From contig NW_027191409.1 of assembly GCF_041146345.1 (NCBI RefSeq), forward strand, positions 558,001 through 622,000: DNA of 64,000 nucleotides, written 5' to 3'. The notes under the pieces are model-generated. The model saw only the letters and a program-made list of their open reading frames with translations, was not told where the DNA came from and did not search any database. Shown piece by piece: positions 61,359 through 64,000 of the stretch; the stretch's first letter is position 1; every line of letters begins with the position of its first letter. A program made the position numbers and the translations under genes. The DNA comes from Neodothiora populina (taxonomy: Eukaryota).

Positions 61359-62256
61359 TCAACCGACGACCCTGTAGTCTGGAAGGCGAGGAAGATGGCA
61401 GATCAAGGCTGCTGCACACGATAGGCACAGATCGGCGCAAGAGAGACAATATGATCACGACAGTGGGATCAGAACAAGAGTGAGAGGCAGATGCACGACC
61501 ATCCGTTGGACATTGCTGGCAAATCAAACTACCGCCGTACACGTCTGAAGGCGATTCCTCTCTGCGCCCGGGTCTCTGAGATGTACACTACAAGCATCAC
61601 CAGGAAGCTCACCTACTGTCTGTCATGAGTGAGGTGAAGTGTGTCCTTGAAGATGCGAGGAGTTGGACCTTCTGCAAGTGAAGTGGCGTATACAGATGTG
61701 GAAGGCGCGTTACGTTGTGCAAGTACTGTAGCTATCAAGAAGTCGAAGAGCGAACCTCCTCTATCTCTCCTTAGACGCGATCAATCGTGCTGCAGAAAGA
61801 TGATACCATTATAAACTCCGGTTCGATGTGACTTGACAAACCACGGCTGCTGCTTGCTGCATCCAGATTAAAACAAGACTAAACCCGAAGTGGTCAAATT
61901 GGAGAAAGCGGGAGCCGCCGTAGATAGAGCTTCACGGAAGGCAACTGCACGCGTCTTTCGCTTTCGCTTTCGAGCTGCAGCACAGACCATGATACTCATG
62001 GCGGAATGTCCAACAGTACCGTAGTTGCACCTCTCACACTCACTTCGAGGTACTTCGATTGGATCCGGAGATATTGAGGCGCATCAATCATTGGACATCT
62101 CAATCATGAACTAGTGTGGTCTGTGTGTTGTGATATAGACTACGTGGCGATCAGCTTGATATTGGCTGTGAAAAGTTATTCGGCCTGAGTGACGATTGCG
62201 CGTGGCTAGCATACTGTCTTCTTTCGAGTGGATGATCATTGAATAAGGTACTCAAC

Positions 62257-63537
62257 ATGCTGGCAGGGTGCTCGGTGCGTGCAAGCAGCGGGCGCATTGC
62301 ACCTTCAAATCTTACTGCGATCAGACGTGTAAATGCTCGTCTATCAACACTGGCATATTCTTCACAGCCCTACAAAGCGTCTAGATCACCGGCGAGACAT
62401 CTGGCCCTAGCCTCTATATCATCATCGTCGTCGTGCCGACCTCAGAGTGCATTAAAAGCAGCTTCGCTACCGCTACAATCGCCACACCGTTCCATTCGAC
62501 TTGCATCTTCCCAAGGATCTGCACTTCCTTCAAAGAACGACACTGATGTGCCTGCTCCGTACACGCCGCCGACCACCGGACTCTTGTCATACTTGCCCGC
62601 TCGTGCTGTTCCATATGCCGAGCTTGTGCGCCTCGACAAGCCTGTAGGCACCTACTATCTCTTTCTTCCATGCGTCTTCGGCACCCTCCTCGCTGCACCT
62701 TTGGTGAATCCCATCGCATCGCCCGCTTCTGTGCTGGGCTACTCGGCGCTCTTCCTTGCGGGAGCGGGAATCATGCGCGGTGCAGGGTGCACCATCAACG
62801 ATCTCTGGGACCGTGATTTCGATCCTCAGGTGTCGAGAACGCGACTGAGGCCGATCGCTAGACGAGCAGTCACTCTCCAGGCTGCCCTTGTTTTCACCGG
62901 TGTGCAACTTCTTGCCGGACTGGGTATTCTGTTGCAATTCCCCATACAGTGCCTGTACTACGGCGTACCATCGTTAGTACTCGTGGCTCTGTATCCGCTG
63001 GCGAAGAGAGTGACGTACTATCCGCAGGCCGTGCTTGGCCTAGCTTATTCTTGGGGTGCGATCATGGGGTTCCCGACCATGGGGGTTGATCTGCTGTCGA
63101 ATACTGCCGCGTTGCAGGCAGCGGGATGCTTGTATGCGTCCAGCATCGCATGGACCATCATGTATGACATGATATATGCACACCAGGACATCAAAGACGA
63201 TGCCAAAGCAGGCATCAAGTCAATCGCTCTAGCCCATGAAAATGAGACCAAGTACGTGCTGAGCGGTCTCGCCGTGACCCAAACATCTCTGCTTGCAGCG
63301 GCAGGTATCGCAGCGGGTGCCGGGCCACTGTACTTTATCGGAAGCTGTGGCGGTGCAGCTTTGACCACCGGGTACATGATCTGGAAGGTGAATCTGAAGA
63401 GCGTCGAAGACTGCTGGTGGTGGTTCCGCCACAGCTGTTGGTTCACTGGAGGAGCGATCACGTTGGGTCTCGCAGCAGACTATCTGGCGAAGTACTTTGA
63501 TGAGAGTAATGACGCTGACGAGCCTGTCACTTCGTGA
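62257..63537 (+). CDS. COQ2: 4-hydroxybenzoate polyprenyltransferase, mitochondrial
   Basis: Mitochondrial presequence, RLDKPVG, RGAGCTINDLWDRDFDPQVSRTRLRPIA and YDMIYAHQDIKDD UbiA motifs; multiple TM helices. Confidence 0.95.
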   Translation: MLAGCSVRASSGRIAPSNLTAIRRVNARLSTLAYSSQPYKASRSPARHLALASISSSSSCRPQSALKAASLPLQSPHRSIRLASSQGSALPSKNDTDVPAPYTPPTTGLLSYLPARAVPYAELVRLDKPVGTYYLFLPCVFGTLLAAPLVNPIASPASVLGYSALFLAGAGIMRGAGCTINDLWDRDFDPQVSRTRLRPIARRAVTLQAALVFTGVQLLAGLGILLQFPIQCLYYGVPSLVLVALYPLAKRVTYYPQAVLGLAYSWGAIMGFPTMGVDLLSNTAALQAAGCLYASSIAWTIMYDMIYAHQDIKDDAKAGIKSIALAHENETKYVLSGLAVTQTSLLAAAGIAAGAGPLYFIGSCGGAALTTGYMIWKVNLKSVEDCWWWFRHSCWFTGGAITLGLAADYLAKYFDESNDADEPVTS

Positions 63538-64000
63538 GGGACGTTCGAATCTGGCGGCCATGTATGATTAGACACTCGTACTGTTGATAGGCAGCAAAAC
63601 CGTATTCCCTCGCCGGAAGTCCGTACATGTTCGACCTCTTCGACTCGGCGCCGAACAATAGACTTGGCGGGATAGCTGCTGACAAGTACCCATGCAGTGA
63701 ACAGGCGGGCGAAGAAGCATCGCATCCATTGTCCCTCTTCTTCCTTCTCTTTACATCCGGAACGTGCAGTGTGGCAAAATGCCTATAGACTCGGCAGACT
63801 TGGCGATTTGCGAAGAAACGGAGGAGCGCGGCTCAAAACGACGAGGACGTGATTCCCGAATGGATGGCTGGAACAAATCCTACTCTTTTATATATTCATT
63901 CATATGTTGCCGCGTAAACATCACTCGTCCTTCTTTTTCATGTTTTCATATTTTCATGGCATGATGTTCTCCTTTTGTCTCGCGCGATACCTCTTGACTC

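Noticed and set aside
1..64000. Transposases, tRNA/rRNA, CRISPR arrays, secondary-metabolite cluster, TGA-CTA readthrough signals
   Set aside because: None recognised. The stop-codon contexts I inspected lacked the TGA-CTA readthrough motif.

Overview
Gene-dense, intron-containing DNA of a filamentous ascomycete. The short GT-AG introns with CTRAC/CTRAY branch sites and the protein content suggest Pezizomycotina, probably Dothideomycetes (inference). I can support about 21 protein-coding genes, mostly housekeeping: L-rhamnose dehydrogenase-like SDR (truncated by the window edge), ROK1, ATP20, Cps1-like GT2 synthase, an uncharacterised conserved protein, a PLP aminotransferase, UTP10, NRDE-2, a DENN-like DUF2347/DUF4484 protein, MIR1, a DUF2985-like membrane protein, a sulfotransferase-like P-loop protein, a DUF1770-like protein, calcineurin B, PCT1, PP2C, NAT2/FAM210-like, a 90-aa orphan, PNGase A, a JmjC/zinc-finger protein and COQ2. 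Exon structures were reconstructed by hand and family names come from recall, not searches. I saw no transposase, tRNA, rRNA, CRISPR array or secondary-metabolite cluster. The unexplained signals are non-coding. The strongest is a ~420-nt densely base-paired element (36260-36685) between two convergent genes that matches no housekeeping RNA I can recognise. Others are a long hairpin in a 3.3-kb ORF-free gap, structured long introns in ATP20 and the rhamnose dehydrogenase gene, a small gene tightly coupled upstream of PNGase A, a GC-AG intron, several AAG acceptors and an intergenic TACAGTA motif. None of these is established as a new system from sequence alone.
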